DNA of 64,000 nt from Eledone cirrhosa (taxonomy: Eukaryota). Both the position numbers and the translations under genes were made by a program. How positions within the stretch are numbered: position 1 is the first letter of the stretch; each line of letters starts with the position of its first letter. This document shows positions 39,108-52,075 of this stretch, piece after piece. The DNA lies in contig OZ024740.1 of NCBI GenBank assembly GCA_964016885.1, forward strand, positions 348,750,001 through 348,814,000, written 5' to 3'. The notes under the pieces were generated by a model. That model was not told where the DNA came from and did not search any database. It was given only the letters and a program-made list of their open reading frames with translations.

Positions 39108-39635
39108 GTGCACACTCAGGTTTTATTGCTTCTATTCATGTATATATTGATTGTAACTTCGTTACCAATCCAGAACCTATGTAACATACCAACTGACCTA
39201 AAAGTCCAATACGAGAGTCTCTCCAGTGCAGCTATTGGCAATAAGTTTTTTCTACCAGCTGAAATGGCCCCAGTAGGAAATAACCAGCCAACATTTACAG
39301 ATGGAGATAAAACTTGTCCAACATCTGCTGTTTCCTCTGATATCCTCCGTGAACGTTCAACTTGCCCTTGGTACCTGAAGATTACCCATAATTCAACAGT
39401 CTTCCCTCCATCACGTACAGAAGTAGTATGTCGTTGTACAGACTGTCTAGGCTCTGACAACAATCACCAATGTGTGGCAGTGTATACTAAAATGACAGTC
39501 CTCAATCGTACAGATAAATGTGTTGATGGTCTGTATGTGTATAGTCCAAGTGTAATAGATGTGGCAACAGCCTGTGTTTGTGCACGGAAAGTTGATGTGA
39601 TAACTCAAGGAAATGGAAACGATTATGTGTCGTAA
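39108..39635 (+). CDS. IL17: Interleukin-17-like cytokine, exon 2 (signal peptide and cystine-knot domain)
   Basis: Branch point CTAAT, poly-T tract and AG at 39106-39107. Hydrophobic VLLLLFMYILIVTS. IL-17 motifs RSTCPW, FP..TEVVCRC..C, QCVAV...VL.R..C, VATACVCA. Confidence 0.93.
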   Translation: MHTQVLLLLFMYILIVTSLPIQNLCNIPTDLKVQYESLSSAAIGNKFFLPAEMAPVGNNQPTFTDGDKTCPTSAVSSDILRERSTCPWYLKITHNSTVFPPSRTEVVCRCTDCLGSDNNHQCVAVYTKMTVLNRTDKCVDGLYVYSPSVIDVATACVCARKVDVITQGNGNDYVS

Positions 39636-39899
39636 AAACAGCCAATTACCAAATTTATATTGCGTGTAACGCAAACGTTTTTCATTATATTATGGAAATT
39701 TGTTGACCACCATGTGGTTATTATAATTGTTTAACATATTTTGCTATTAACATTATGCTTAAGGTTTCAATATAAGTAACAATATTGCTATCTAAATAGC
39801 AGCATTATATTATCCTTATTCCCATGCTGGCATGGGCTTGCATATTTGTACACATTCCCATCATATTCAAAATACATAATTGCAACAAATATAGGGTCA

Positions 39900-40698
39900 C
39901 AATATAATTACGCACTCGCAAATCTACAGATGTACACTTGAATGTATACATCCAAACACAAATCTTTCGTATTTACCAGTGATACACTGATCAAATATCA
40001 GGATTTTTCAAGTGACTTGCATTGTTTATTTCAATCCGCGTTCTTTGAGTTGAAATCTAGCAATGGTTTGACTAAGGACTTCATAATCTCTGTACTTGAT
40101 ATACCAGTAATGAAACTGGGGAAATGTATTTCATTGTTCACTGCCTCACTCATTTCTCTTCAACCGTTGATGTTATCGCATTATAAGAAAATTGAAGATG
40201 CGAATTACTTCCTTGACATTAACGAGCTACGATTTCAACATTCAAATCTCACATTTATTCTTTTACATTTTAGGCCACAATGGTCAACGAAATAAATACT
40301 CATTATTTAATCATTAATTACACACACCATACATCAATTGCGATTGCACCGTTGTAATATTTAAAGTTTATCAGATAAACACAGTAGTTTGCAACTCCTC
40401 CTGCTGCTGAGGTTTAACACAACAAGCACAATTCTTAATGATATTTAATTTAAATACTAACAACGTTAATTTTAAAACTGGCGTTCGAGAAAATAAGTAC
40501 CTATCAACCACTAAGTTTTATCTAAGTGACTGTCTCACAAGCATGTTTGTGTGGATTTGTGAATATGGCAGCAAATGTAGTGTTACATAACAGGCATCTT
40601 TATATTTTAGGTATTTTAAATATATCGTCAATTGGCAGGCACCATCACGCGTATAAAATAATTGTTTATTAAACACACACACACACACACACACACAC

Positions 40699-40756
<58 letters not shown>

Positions 40757-41512
40757 AAAACAAACCCTTATATGCGGGTGTATATTTTTACAATAATTTT
40801 TATTACTAACAATTAACGTAAATTGCTCGGATAAATTTTTTGACTATATGTTTTACAATACTTTTGAACAAATATTTAAAAACGAAAATATTTATTTTTT
40901 TAAATATTTTAATATCATTATTTAAATCTTAATAAAAAACGTTTATAAAATACATATCAATTCATTGATTTTGTGTTCGATTTTTTCACTTGTGTATTGC
41001 TGAAATCGTGTGGGCATGATGACGTATTATATATACTAGCAGAAAAATCACCTTCTGGTGGTTTTCTGTTAGCATGTGTAGTGTGTATATTATACACAGG
41101 TATATATACATGTAGATATGATACATAAAATAAAATCATAATTGACAACATAGAAATTGAACGAAGACTGCGTTACACTGTCTTATGTAATCAGTAACGT
41201 AATCCATGATACATTAAAAAAGACGATATTATATATAAACTGCATTAGGAGAAAATTAGTATGTTTTGGCCAACCGGAAGTGTTGACATTTCAGAAATTT
41301 TAAAGAAGTGAATCTTTAAATAAATAAAATATATTTAATCAACATCCACGAAATTTAGTAGATAATTTATTTAATATGCATTCATTATTTATTCAAAGTA
41401 ATCCAACTTATTTTACGAATGGGACAAAAAATTATAAACCGTACGCAGTCCCGTGCTCCTTACTTTAGATTGACAACTTCCTTTTCAAATATGTATGCCT
41501 CATACTCACCAT
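39900..41512 (-). pseudogene. Possible decayed second IL-17-like gene (ATG-only exon 1 at 41512-41510, exon 2 about 40500-39900)
   Basis: TATATAAA (41561-41554), ATG|GTGAGT donor, and colinear broken motifs CVKPQQQEELQ, DNING*R, FPSFIT, KQCKSL, DQCITGKY, CECV. Confidence 0.33.
41036..41469 (-). mobile_element. Probable non-autonomous Helitron
   Basis: Minus-strand 3' end taacagaaaaccaccagaaggtgatttttctgCTAG|T (hairpin). Candidate 5' end A|TCTAAAGTAAGGAG at 41469. Confidence 0.5.
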
Positions 41513-42511
41513 CTTTGACATATAGTTTGACAAGTCACATTAACAGAACGAAGTTTATATAATAGGAACATTTTTTTTAAATTATAGCATTAAGTAGCTG
41601 GGAATAAAAAATTCAGCATATACATGTTCATATCTAATAATTTCATAGCAAATTATATCCATCCAAACATTATATGTACAAGAATTCCTTTACGTTTCGT
41701 CTTATTTAGCAAAACACATGAGGTTTTAGACATTTAATGATAACAATGTCAAATGTCTATTCCTCTCAGTATGTCCAATGTACTTGCAAAGCTTCAAGGA
41801 TATTAATATGATAAATATATGAAATATATATATTTGAACTGATATTAATTGTCAAATCACAATACTTATTAATAGTATCTGTATGCTATTGGATGCTTGT
41901 GGGACTGAATATACATTTTGTTCACTATCTATGCTTTTTGTCATATTTAATTTGACCTGCACAATCTAATAAACATATCTAATGGTTGTTTTCGATGCCC
42001 TAAGTAATTCGATGAGTTAATATGATGTGTGGCGTGGTTCGGATTCCACCAGCGCAGCAGTTTCTCTCCAATGAAGTCGGATGGAAATCCTGCGTGAGGT
42101 CTGTTTTCATGTCTGTAATCTCCAGAATCGAAGCATAAGAACAGTCCCTATCTCTGCGTTCACACATGGTGTGTAACCCAAATGTATTGTCAATGCGACG
42201 ACGTGATTCAGCTGTACTTAGGCCAGATTTCAAATAAAGTTAACAGCCACGAATAAAAGATTTCGATAGATCCATTTTGCTTACCCTTGACTGTGTAATA
42301 GAAAATAAGAAATCCACATAGTGCACACCAATGTCACTTATTATTTGTATGGGCACACGCAACCTTCAACATTTTCAGAAAACTCTACTAAAATACCTCC
42401 TTTTAAAAACCGGTGGGAACTTTCTATCCAACCCAATATTAATGTATTTAATATGTATGATAACCGTGTTTCTCAAAGGATATAGGACTCTCTCTCTCTA
42501 AATATATGAAT

Positions 42512-42565
<54 letters not shown>

Positions 42566-42677
42566 GTGTGTATCTCCCTTACACCTCTCGCACGCTTTTT
42601 AGTACTGCCTGTGTGAAGTGACGGTTTCTGCGCATGTGCGCTCGTACGGTTGTCCTTCCTGTTCCGTATAACCATGC

Positions 42678-42727
42678 CCATTACGAGCTGAGGATCGGCT
42701 ATGGTGAAACAATTGTTCTCGGTATGG
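42678..42727 (+). ncRNA. Minimal type-I hammerhead (5' pLTR)
   Basis: CCAUuaCGAG CUGAGGA U..U GAA ACAAUUGU U/ CUCGguAUGG. Confidence 0.75.
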
Positions 42728-42975
42728 TGAACTAACTGTTGTGTAACCACTTCTACCTAACTCGTCCCATAGACTGAGCGCTCTACCACTACGGATATTA
42801 CCTTCCAGTGTTCCACCACTATTTACGTCTCCAACAACGGTCAGCAGATTCTCTTCACTACGTAGAAGTTTGGCTTTTAGCAGATTCTTCACCACGTGCG
42901 AGTTTGGCTCACTACCCTGAGAGCGCTCTCTATATCCTCGTGCCCTACACAATTTTGTGTCTCATCAACGTCAGT

Positions 42976-45072
42976 ATGGATTTATACGAACTGGATTACT
43001 CCCTGAAGAACATTCCCACTCCCTCCAACCATGTTTACCAAAGAGCGGAAGATGTCGTCAGTCGCTTAATGTGGCGAGCCCTAGCTTTTGACGGCTAAAT
43101 TGCAGGCACCAATAACACCTTCAACCTGAAATCGAGATCCTACCCTCCTAAGGTAACTGAACTTGCTCCTTTCGAGACAGACCTCCTTGACTTAGTCGCT
43201 AACATTTCCTTTCGCAAACACACTAACACCTTTTAAACTAAACTTAGAAATGATATTAAGAAATTTAGGTCTTCTAATAACACTTTCGTTCTTTCCGACA
43301 AAACTAAAAATGTTTACGAAGTCGACAACACCTCTTTCCGCCACCTGACGCATAACGCTATTACTTCCAATTATAAGAAAGCTAACCCTATGGCCTACCA
43401 CGATATTAATACAGAAGACAAAGAACTTACCGCCGCCCTTAAGGTAGATAAGAAGCTACAATCTCTAGCTAAGCGGGAGGCGTTCCTCACCCTGAAAGAT
43501 CACAAGGTAGACTTTACTTCTAACCCAACATGTAGACTAATAAACCCGGCACGCACAGATATGGGACTAGTCAGTAAGGCCATACTTAGAAACATGGTTA
43601 AGACCATTAGGACCAAGTCTAACCTGTCCCAGTGGGAAAACAGCGACTCCGTAATTAAGTGGTTCAACTCCTTCAAATCCCAAAAAGCGAAGTTCACACA
43701 GTTCGACATTGTTGATTTTTACCCGTAGATCTCAGAGACCCTGTTAAACAAAGCGTTGGACTTCGCTACCACTTACACTACCGTCGATGGTTTAGACAGG
43801 GAAATCATTGCTCACTGCCGGAAAACCCTCCTCTTCAACGACGAAGTAGCCTGGGCAAAGAAGTCAACAACTTCAGACCTATTTGACGTCTCTATGGGAT
43901 CGTTTGACAGTGCTCACGTATTCGACTTGGTTGGCCTATTAATTTTAGATATATTACGTGTTAGATTCCCGGACTTCCACACGGGAATATACCGCGACGA
44001 TGGACTGATCTTATCGAGCCATAAAAGTGGTCACGACCTCGACCGGTTTAAAAAAGACTTAGCTTCTACATTCAATGAGTTAGGACTTAGGATAACAGTA
44101 GCTACCAACCTCTCTAGCGTGGATTTCTTAGATATTAATTTAGACATTCGCACAAACACCTACAGACCCTTCCATGAGCTAAACGAAAATCTCAATTACA
44201 TTCACAAGGACTCATGCCACCCTCCCACCGTTTTTAGAAACTTCGTAAATAATATCAGTACTAGAATCTCACACTTCTCCTCTAATAAGGCTATCTTTGA
44301 CAGGGCGGCACCCTACTATAACACGGCGTTAGCTAACAGCGGCTTCTCGCAACCTATCAATTACTCTCCCACTATCAACAACAGCAATAAGAAAAGAAAG
44401 CATAACAATAGACAAACTATCTGGTTCTCTCCTCCCTTCTCACTCAACATTAAAACCAATGTAGGCAAAACATTTCTAGCCCTCTTAGATAGACACTTCC
44501 CCATAGGTCATAAATACCGCTCCATCTTTAACCGACACAAAGTAAAACTAGGATACTCCTGCGTTAAGAACATGAAGGCCCACATCACCAACATCCCTAA
44601 GAGCAATACCCCACCAAGGTACTCTTGCCGTAAGACTGAATCTTGTCCCCTTCAACAGCAATGCAACACACCCGCTGTAATTTATGAAGCTGTGGTCACT
44701 TCCAACCAACCAAATCAACCACAGGAGGTCAAATCCTATGTGGGTATGACGAAGGGCCGATTTAAGGAACGCTTTCTGAACCACCAGTAGTCGACCTTAA
44801 GGTACCCGGACAGACGTTCATCCACGAAACTCGAGAGCCACGTATAGTCCCTCAAGGACTCAAGTATAGACTACTCCATTCAATAGAAAGCCATCACTAA
44901 GTCCAAGCCATACGCAAGGGGAAAACCGTCGTGTGGACTATGTATTGATAAACGAATAAATATTCTAAAGAGATTATGCAATAGTGATTGCCTAAACACG
45001 AGAATTGAATTCTTCACACGTTGTCCACACGCCTGGAAACACCTCTTACATAACTACAAATCTCCGGATTGA
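42976..45072 (+). pseudogene. PLE RT-GIY-YIG ORF with several stops
   Basis: YSLKNIPTP, LKDHK, CRLINPA, QFDIVDFYP, FDVSMGSFD, GIYRDDGL, DFLDINL, SCRKTESCPL..C, VIY..SYVGMT..FKER. Confidence 0.93.
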
Positions 45073-45234
45073 ATCACAACAACTTCCTAATTTTCTTATC
45101 AACTAGAAACTTTTCGGACTTTCGCACTTATCTTCCTTACACCTCTCGCACGCTTTTTAGTATTGCCTTATGAAGTCACGGTTTCTGCGCATGCGCGCTC
45201 GTACGGTTGTCCCTCCTGTTCCGTATAACCATGC

Positions 45235-45284
45235 CCATTACGAGCTGAGGATCCGCTAAGGTGAAACAATTGTTCTCGGTATGG
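45235..45284 (+). ncRNA. Minimal type-I hammerhead (3' pLTR)
   Basis: CCAUuaCGAG CUGAGGA U CC GCUAA GG U GAA ACAAUUGU U/ CUCGguAUGG. Confidence 0.8.
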
Positions 45285-45560
45285 TGAACTAACTGTTGTG
45301 TAACCACTTCTACCTAACTCGTCCCATGGACTGAGTGCTCTACCACTACGGATATTACCTTCCGGTGTTCTACCACTATATATATATATATATAATATGT
45401 ACGGATTAAGGTTTAAACAAAGAATCGGTACTTTCACTCTTTTACGGGATCTTCTGAAGTAGATTCAGACCCCTTAAAAGGGGGAAAGCAGTGATTCTTT
45501 TCATAAACTTTAATTTGCACATATAATAAATATTTGCTCTAAGGGCTTTCTATATATACG

Positions 45561-45599
<39 letters not shown>

Positions 45600-45611
45600 C
45601 TTACCGAGACC

Positions 45612-45816
45612 CCTCTCTAGAACACTAGTTGGTTATATCCGTAGTAGTAGAGCACTCAGTCCATGCGACGAGTTTGATAGAAGTAGTTCCACAACAGTTA
45701 GTTCACCACTACCGAGAACATTTATTTCACCTTATTCGGATCATCAGCTCGGTCTAGATTTTTAGACGGAAAATGTGAAACAATTATTCTCGGTAATGTT
45801 GAGCTAACTGTTATGG

Positions 45817-45820
<4 letters not shown>
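45612..45820 (-). mobile_element. Diverged pLTR copy with hammerhead (45711-45753) and fold-back duplication
   Basis: Minus strand: ACCGAG CUGAUGA UCCGAAUAAGGU GAAA..GUU/ CUCGGU. Plus-strand mirror at 45775-45820. Confidence 0.75.
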
Positions 45821-45855
<35 letters not shown>

Positions 45856-46149
45856 GGGGGGTGTCTCTGTTTGTCTCTGTTTGTCTCTGTTTGTCTCTGT
45901 TTGTCTCTGTTTGCCTCAGTTTGTCTGTGTGTCTGTGTGTCTGTGTGTCTGTGTGTCTGTGTGTGTGTGTGTACAGTTACATATCTATACTAAGTATATT
46001 TTATTCTTAAATAGGTGTAATAAGTGTTTCAGAAAGGATCAGCTCAAAGTCTTCATTGATTATAATCCGATTTGAACTTCATGGTAGTATTTTGATATGG
46101 ATGTACTAATTTACATATAATTACCGCCTGTGTTGGTAGTTGATGTCCA

Positions 46150-47108
46150 TCAGACGTATGGGTTCTGAACGTTACACACCAATGCACTAAAAGGACATAT
46201 CCTGAAGTCTATAGATCTTACCTGCAATCTGACCTGGACAATGCAACAATGTATCACAGACTGGCAACTCAAGCTGGCTGTGGACAAGTGTACCACCATA
46301 CATTTTGGGAGTAAGAACCCAGCGTCCACATACTCTCTCCACAACACTAATATCAAGAAGTCTTCTTGTGAACGTGACCTGTGCATTACGGTCAGCAGCG
46401 GTTTGCGTTGGACGAAGCACGTCTCTAAAATTGTCAAGAAGGCCGAGGGTGTCTTAGCATCACTCAGCAAGACCTTTGTCAGCCCCTCTGCAGCTATCTA
46501 TTTAAAGCTGTATATAGCTATGATGCGGCCACACTTAGAATTTGCATCATCCGTCTGGAACCCCTATCTTGCTCAGAACATTGACTTCCTGGAAACTGTT
46601 CAGAGACGTGCAACCAAGCGAATACCCTCCATCAGGCATCGACCATACTCTGAACGCCTTGCTTCCCTGGCCATGGATACATTGAAGCTCAGACGTCTGG
46701 CAACTGACTTGGTAAAACCCCACACATTTATTAACCATCTTGCCAACAACAATCCTGAGTACCTTTTTGATTTCCATGTGTCAAACACACGTGGGCATGC
46801 CCACAAAGTCAGAAAACAGCACAGCTCCCATGACTTTCAGAAACACTTTTTCAGAGTTGCTGAACAAGCTACCTGCATCAGTTGTTAGCTGTCGAGACAC
46901 TGCATCCTTTGAAACCTCCATGCTTACCGAGATTCACCAACACTACACCTAATGTTGCCCTCCATACACACGCACACATGTATATCATGACTCATACACT
47001 ATTCACTTCTCTGACATTTGTATATTAGTCTATGTACTATACATGCATCTATGACGAGTTGTAGTGCACCTGACCACTGTACACAATAATTTCATTATTA
47101 TTATTATT
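46150..47108 (+). mobile_element. CR1-clade LINE 3' fragment
   Basis: WQLKLAVDKC..ERDL..RPHLEFASSVWNP..LETVQRRATKRIP..YSERL..RRL. (ATT)n tail. Confidence 0.9.
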
Positions 47109-47392
47109 TATATAGATATTTGTGACCGAGCGCTCTATGCTTTACACAAAGTTGGGATATTATAGTATAGTTATCGTCAACACACTTTCGTTGCTATTAT
47201 TTTATTCATATCCCGCATTTGGCTAAGTTTTTGCGTTTGCATACCGCATGCGAAATCTTCGATCAGGCAATTATAAAATAAATATGAGTGACGTTGAGTG
47301 TTCATTGCAAGGGGAATAACCCTAGACCTAAATTATTATTACTTGCTTTTTATTCAGGGGGAATAACTGTTGCTAATGTTGTGTTTCAAATA

Positions 47393-47570
47393 TGTTTCTA
47401 CATTTGGCACAAGTCCAGCAATTCTCTCAGTGCATTACTGGTACTTATTTTATCGACTTCGTAAGGATGAAAGGCAAAGTTAACCTCGGCGGGATTTGAA
47501 CTCAGATCATAAAGGGCCGTAACTCTATGCTGCAAAGCATGGCGTCCGACCCTCTACCGATACTGCTAAT
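47393..47570 (-). mobile_element. tRNA-derived SINE
   Basis: Same family as 38611-38795. Confidence 0.9.
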
Positions 47571-47747
47571 CCACATTAATATATGTATGGTCACGTAACT
47601 CCTGCAAGAGTCGTAGGGGCACCGTATTGACATACGGCGTTTTAAGCCTGGCGAAGCCCACCCCTCTCCAGGCCTGAATACAGCAGATTTCTTACAGAAA
47701 AGGATAGAAAGTGAGAGAGAGGAAATGAGAAAATGATATACAGGAAG

Positions 47748-47835
47748 AATCGACCCCAGTACTAGACTGGTATATTTTATCGACCTCGAAAGGATGAAAG
47801 GCAAAGTTGACATCGACGGGATTTGAACTCCGAGA
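47748..47835 (-). mobile_element. SINE fragment (related subfamily)
   Basis: tttatcgacctcgaaaggatgaaaggcaaagttgac..atttgaactc. Confidence 0.8.
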
Positions 47836-47847
47836 GCAGAGAGCAGG

Positions 47848-47892
<45 letters not shown>

Positions 47893-47971
47893 GAGATGAG
47901 CGGAACAAGCAAACATTAAACAATCTTTTAAATAAATTAAAATACGATTTAAATATTCACCTGTCCAAAAT

Positions 47972-48050
47972 GCTATTACCGGCGGTTTCGCTTCACAAAA
48001 GATTGGAAATTCAGAGAATTTCCAACGGAAAGTTCAGCTCTTAAGATAGC
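47972..48050 (-). ncRNA. Hammerhead with extended helix II and G5U core change (probably inactive)
   Basis: GCUAU CUUAAGA GCU..UUGGAAAUUC UCU GAAUUUCCAA..AGC GAA ACCG C CGGU A/ AUAGC. Confidence 0.65.
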
Positions 48051-48129
48051 TATTTCTATTATATAGGACGTTAAGTCTCACAGTTTGTAAATATATCGCT
48101 TACTGCCCGACTGTCAACCGACATTCTGC

Positions 48130-50609
48130 CAGACTTGTCTGTCAAACTACATCCAGACAATGCAACCCCACATCACTAACACAAGAGAAGTAACACCACA
48201 AGAGAATGAGGATAGGGAAAAACCCTCAATACCCATATGATGATGTGGACAAATATAGTGCAGCCCAACAAAAGGACTGCCAACAACTTCCAGGCCTGGA
48301 ACAATGACGTGCCAGCGTTGTATGGGCTTCGAAAAGACCATAAAACGAGCAGTGACCCTGTCACAGGACCCCCAACACGGCCAGTCTGTGGAGCTAACAT
48401 TGCTAGTAACTACAGACTTTCCTACTTCCTCTCCCTGATCATACGCCCCATCATTGAAATGTCCCCAGATATATGTGACAGCACGGAGGACCTCCTCAGC
48501 AGAATCGGCGAGAGTAACCGATCTAGGGACCTAACAAACTGCATAATAGGTAGTATGGATGTTGTGTCCCTGTATCCATCTATTGACGTGGATTTTGCTG
48601 TGGAGAAATGCGTACAAATGATCAGTGAGAGCAATGTTGAATTCTGTGGGATTGATACCAGTGGGCTGGGACTCCTACATAAACTTACCTATAGTAATGA
48701 TTATCTAGATACATATGGCCTTAGCAACCTGTGCCCTACAAGACCAGCAAGAGGCAAACCACCTACCTTTACCTCAATGGCCAAGAAAACCCACACAGAT
48801 AGATGGAACGGGTGGACCAGAGCCATACGTACCCCCGACAACCACGATGAACTAAAGAAAATGATTGCACATGCGATGGGGGCCAGCATAAAATTAACCC
48901 TTAAGGAACATATGTTCAAATTTAATGGAAAAAAACATATGCCCAAGAGGAGGGAGCAGCCTTTGGTGTTAGCATTGCAGGTGACATAGCTAACCTATTC
49001 ATGGTATGGTGGGACAATAGACTTAAACTTAAACTTAAAGAACAATTAGAAGACAGTAACCCCTTAACCCTGATAATGTACTCCCGCTACGTTGATGATA
49101 TAAACATCGTAGTAAAAACACCCCCACTAGAGAACAGTCAGGAATTAGAGAAAAACACCATGTAAAGCATCCAGAAAATAGCTAACTCCATCCACCAGTG
49201 TATTAGAGTTACTATAGACTACCCAAGAAAACACCCCAACCATCGATTACCTGTACTAGACACAGAACTCTGGTTAGATACCATTAATAACAAAAATCAA
49301 ATCCTCCATTCCCCTTATGCCAAACTCATGACTTCCAAATATCTGATCCACCGAAACTCAGCTGTTTCGAACCATACCAAAATCAACATACTGATTGCGG
49401 ATTTGGTACGGGTGATGAGAAACGTGTCCCGCATGTGCAACCCCAAAGAACTAGAGAGACACATACGACACTTCATCCACCGTATGCAGTTCTCTGGTGA
49501 CAATCAGAGAGATAAAATCAGAGTATATAGAGGAGCCAGAACCAAATGGGAAAAAATGGTAAATAAGGATACAAATGGGACCTGCCCCTTGTATAGGAGC
49601 AAATTTTGGAATAGAATAGAAAGAACTAGGAATAAGGTTAATAGAATAAACTCATGGTATGATAGCAATAAATACCAGAGTGTAATGTACATCGATACAA
49701 CCCCTAGAGGTGAATTAGCTTACAAATTTAGAAGGGCCCTAGATAAACATAAACTCAATATTAAGATAGTAGAAAGACCAGGTACCTCCATAAAAACACT
49801 TATTAGCAATACTACCCTTTTCAAAGACCTCCCTGTATAGATAAGAAATGTATAATCTGTAAATTAAGCCCCCATATTAACTGTAAAACTAGAAATGTAG
49901 TATATAGCATAAGATGAACTGAAGGACAATGTGGAGATAAGAATATAGTGTACATAGGTGAGACAGCTCGTAGTATAGGGGAACGGATAAATGAACACTG
50001 GCGAGACCTTCAAGATAGTAAAGAATCATCTGTACTCTACCAACATGCTAAAATAGAACATAAGGGTAAAATAGAGAACATAGAAATAGAAATAGAATCT
50101 ACACACAGAAAAAACGCAATGTTTAGACAAATCACAGAAGCAATAAACATAAATAACTCAAACCAAAATTAAATAGAAAACATGAATGGAACAGCAACAT
50201 CACAACTTACAATTAAGGACAAAATGAAAACACACACGCACATAGAACAAACAACCAACCAGTAACATGTAAATAAACAAATAAATAAACAAATATAAAC
50301 ACACACAGACACCCGGATGTAACACATGCGCAAACTAAGCACACAACACACACACACAAACAAGATGGCGTAGGACAGAACAAAGGAGAGGCACAAAAAC
50401 AAAGAAAAGAATCCCCAGTCACTGAAGAGGTGACAGAATGTGTGACGAAAGAACTTTGACAATATATAAACAATCATCTGGTTGTGGAACCAACCAACCA
50501 ACCGGAAATTTATAAATTCCTAAATTTATAAATTTATTATAATAAATTGAAGTGAAAGCAACTGGTGCGTGTGTTTCTTATTGGCAACATGACCCTCCTA
50601 AAGTATAAC
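48130..50609 (+). mobile_element. Penelope-like element (Neptune-like), 5'-truncated, RT + C-terminal GIY-YIG + pLTR
   Basis: YGLRKDHK, RPVCGA, GSMDVVSLYPSI, ANLFMVWWD, RYVDDIN, LPVLD, C....CIIC..NC..RNVVY, VYIGETARS..ERINEH. Ends at (TA)n. Confidence 0.92.
50418..50460 (+). ncRNA. Minimal type-I hammerhead
   Basis: Identical to 34503-34545. Confidence 0.7.
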
Positions 50610-50740
50610 TATATATATATATATATGATGTTGGCGTTTTGTGTAAGATATACTATTTTTAGAAAAGTGGTGATGTAGCCTGTCTATCTGAAAGGAAAAA
50701 TCTGTTGTGTAGATAGTGGTATACACGTACACGTGCGTAT

Positions 50741-50839
<99 letters not shown>

Positions 50840-51395
50840 TACGTCCGCACGAAGCTAAGAGGATATGTGTGTGTATATGTAAGTAAAAGAGTGTGTATGT
50901 CTGCTTGTAAGTACGAAGCTGTGAGCAAAAGTATGTTAATATAAGGGAGTGTGTATGTATGAAGTAAAAAGTAGAGGTGTGTGTGCATATTTTGTATCAG
51001 CTGTAAGAGTATATGTTTCTTACCGTAAGAGAGCCATGTGAATATAGGGGTGAATGTACAAGCGTGTGTGTGACAACGGATGGGGTAAACGTGACGGTGG
51101 CGAGGGGTAGAGAAGTAAACAAGAACGTATAAGTGTAATATTAAATAAATTGGGGAAGGGAATTGAGTCTATTAGGGAAACAGGACCCAAGGCATAGAAT
51201 CAGACTCTGTTCAGTGCTGATGAGCGAGGCCTGTGATCCATGGTGAAAAAGGACACAAAGGACTGAGACATGTAGTGAATAGTGACCAGGAAACGGAAAT
51301 GACGGGCCACGGGTGTATCCATACCAAATCGTATCTCCCTGCAATATTCAGCAAAATGGTCCACCATATATATGTAAATATATATATATATATAT

Positions 51396-52075
51396 GGGGA
51401 AGGTATAAAGATTAGCAGATCTGGGTGTTTGGGAAAGTAGGGGAAAGGACTATAAAAATCATAAATAAGAGGAAAAGGATGGGAAAAGAAAGGACTCTAG
51501 GGCCACATAAGAAAAGAGGGTGGAAGATGGATGGTGATGGGTTCTGGTCTTAGAGTGCGGCGTTGTTGGACTGCGCCCTGAGGACGAAACTGCAAAAGAA
51601 TTTCCGCGGACAATGGCCAGCAACATCCTCTGCAACAGGTGCAGGGCTTCTTCCTCAGACGGCTTACTGACGTTTCAGATCTTCCGGAGGAACTCGGCAG
51701 TACGAGGTTCGAAGACACCTGCGGTCACGACGCCAACTGGTGCGAAGAGAAAGCGGCTGGACAATACACGGTATTTAGTTGTCTTCCTGTCCTCTGTATT
51801 GCGGTCCGATGTACCGGGATTTGTCACCGAAGCGACTTAGTTGCAGGCGGAGAACGTGTCACAATATGTGACGTCCCAGATTAGAGATCTACTACCTTCA
51901 AATGGGTAGGGGAAAATTCAATCGGAGCGCTTGTCGTCTCCGCGTTCGAGTCCTCCAGTCGTGATGGGGAGCTAGATGTATCCAGGATCCTCAATATGTC
52001 GTTGAAAGTGGCATGTGGGAGAAACCAGCCTGTGGTCGGGAGGCATAACAGAAGGTGCAGGCCATATTTGTAAGG
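51396..52075 (-). mobile_element. CRE-clade non-LTR retrotransposon 3' fragment (restriction-like endonuclease), decayed
   Basis: Minus-strand translation GLHLLLC..HATFND..GLERGDDKRSD..LIWDVTYCDTF..EDRKTTKY..FAPVGVVTAG..LLQRMLLAIVRGNS matches the CRE RLE pattern as I recall it. Confidence 0.75.

Larger units (their letters stand above)
42571..45378 (+). mobile_element. Near full-length Penelope-like element (Nematis-like) with about 250-bp direct pseudo-LTRs
   Basis: pLTRs 42571-42821 and 45129-45378 are highly similar and flank the RT-GIY-YIG ORF. Microsatellite flanks. Confidence 0.95.

Noticed and set aside
39942-40295. 117-aa plus-strand ORF downstream of IL-17
   Set aside because: No motif or splice support. 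Likely a chance or antisense-shadow ORF.
32040-41469. One composite Helitron enclosing IL-17
   Set aside because: The minus-strand 5' end (33015) and 3' end (41036) face away from the gene, so they cannot bracket it.
42000-42233. 77-aa Cys-containing ORF as another cytokine exon
   Set aside because: Cysteine spacing does not match IL-17 and there are no clear splice signals.
51214-51256. CUGAUGA...GAAA hammerhead candidate
   Set aside because: No NUH triplet or helix III after GAAA, and helix II is weak.
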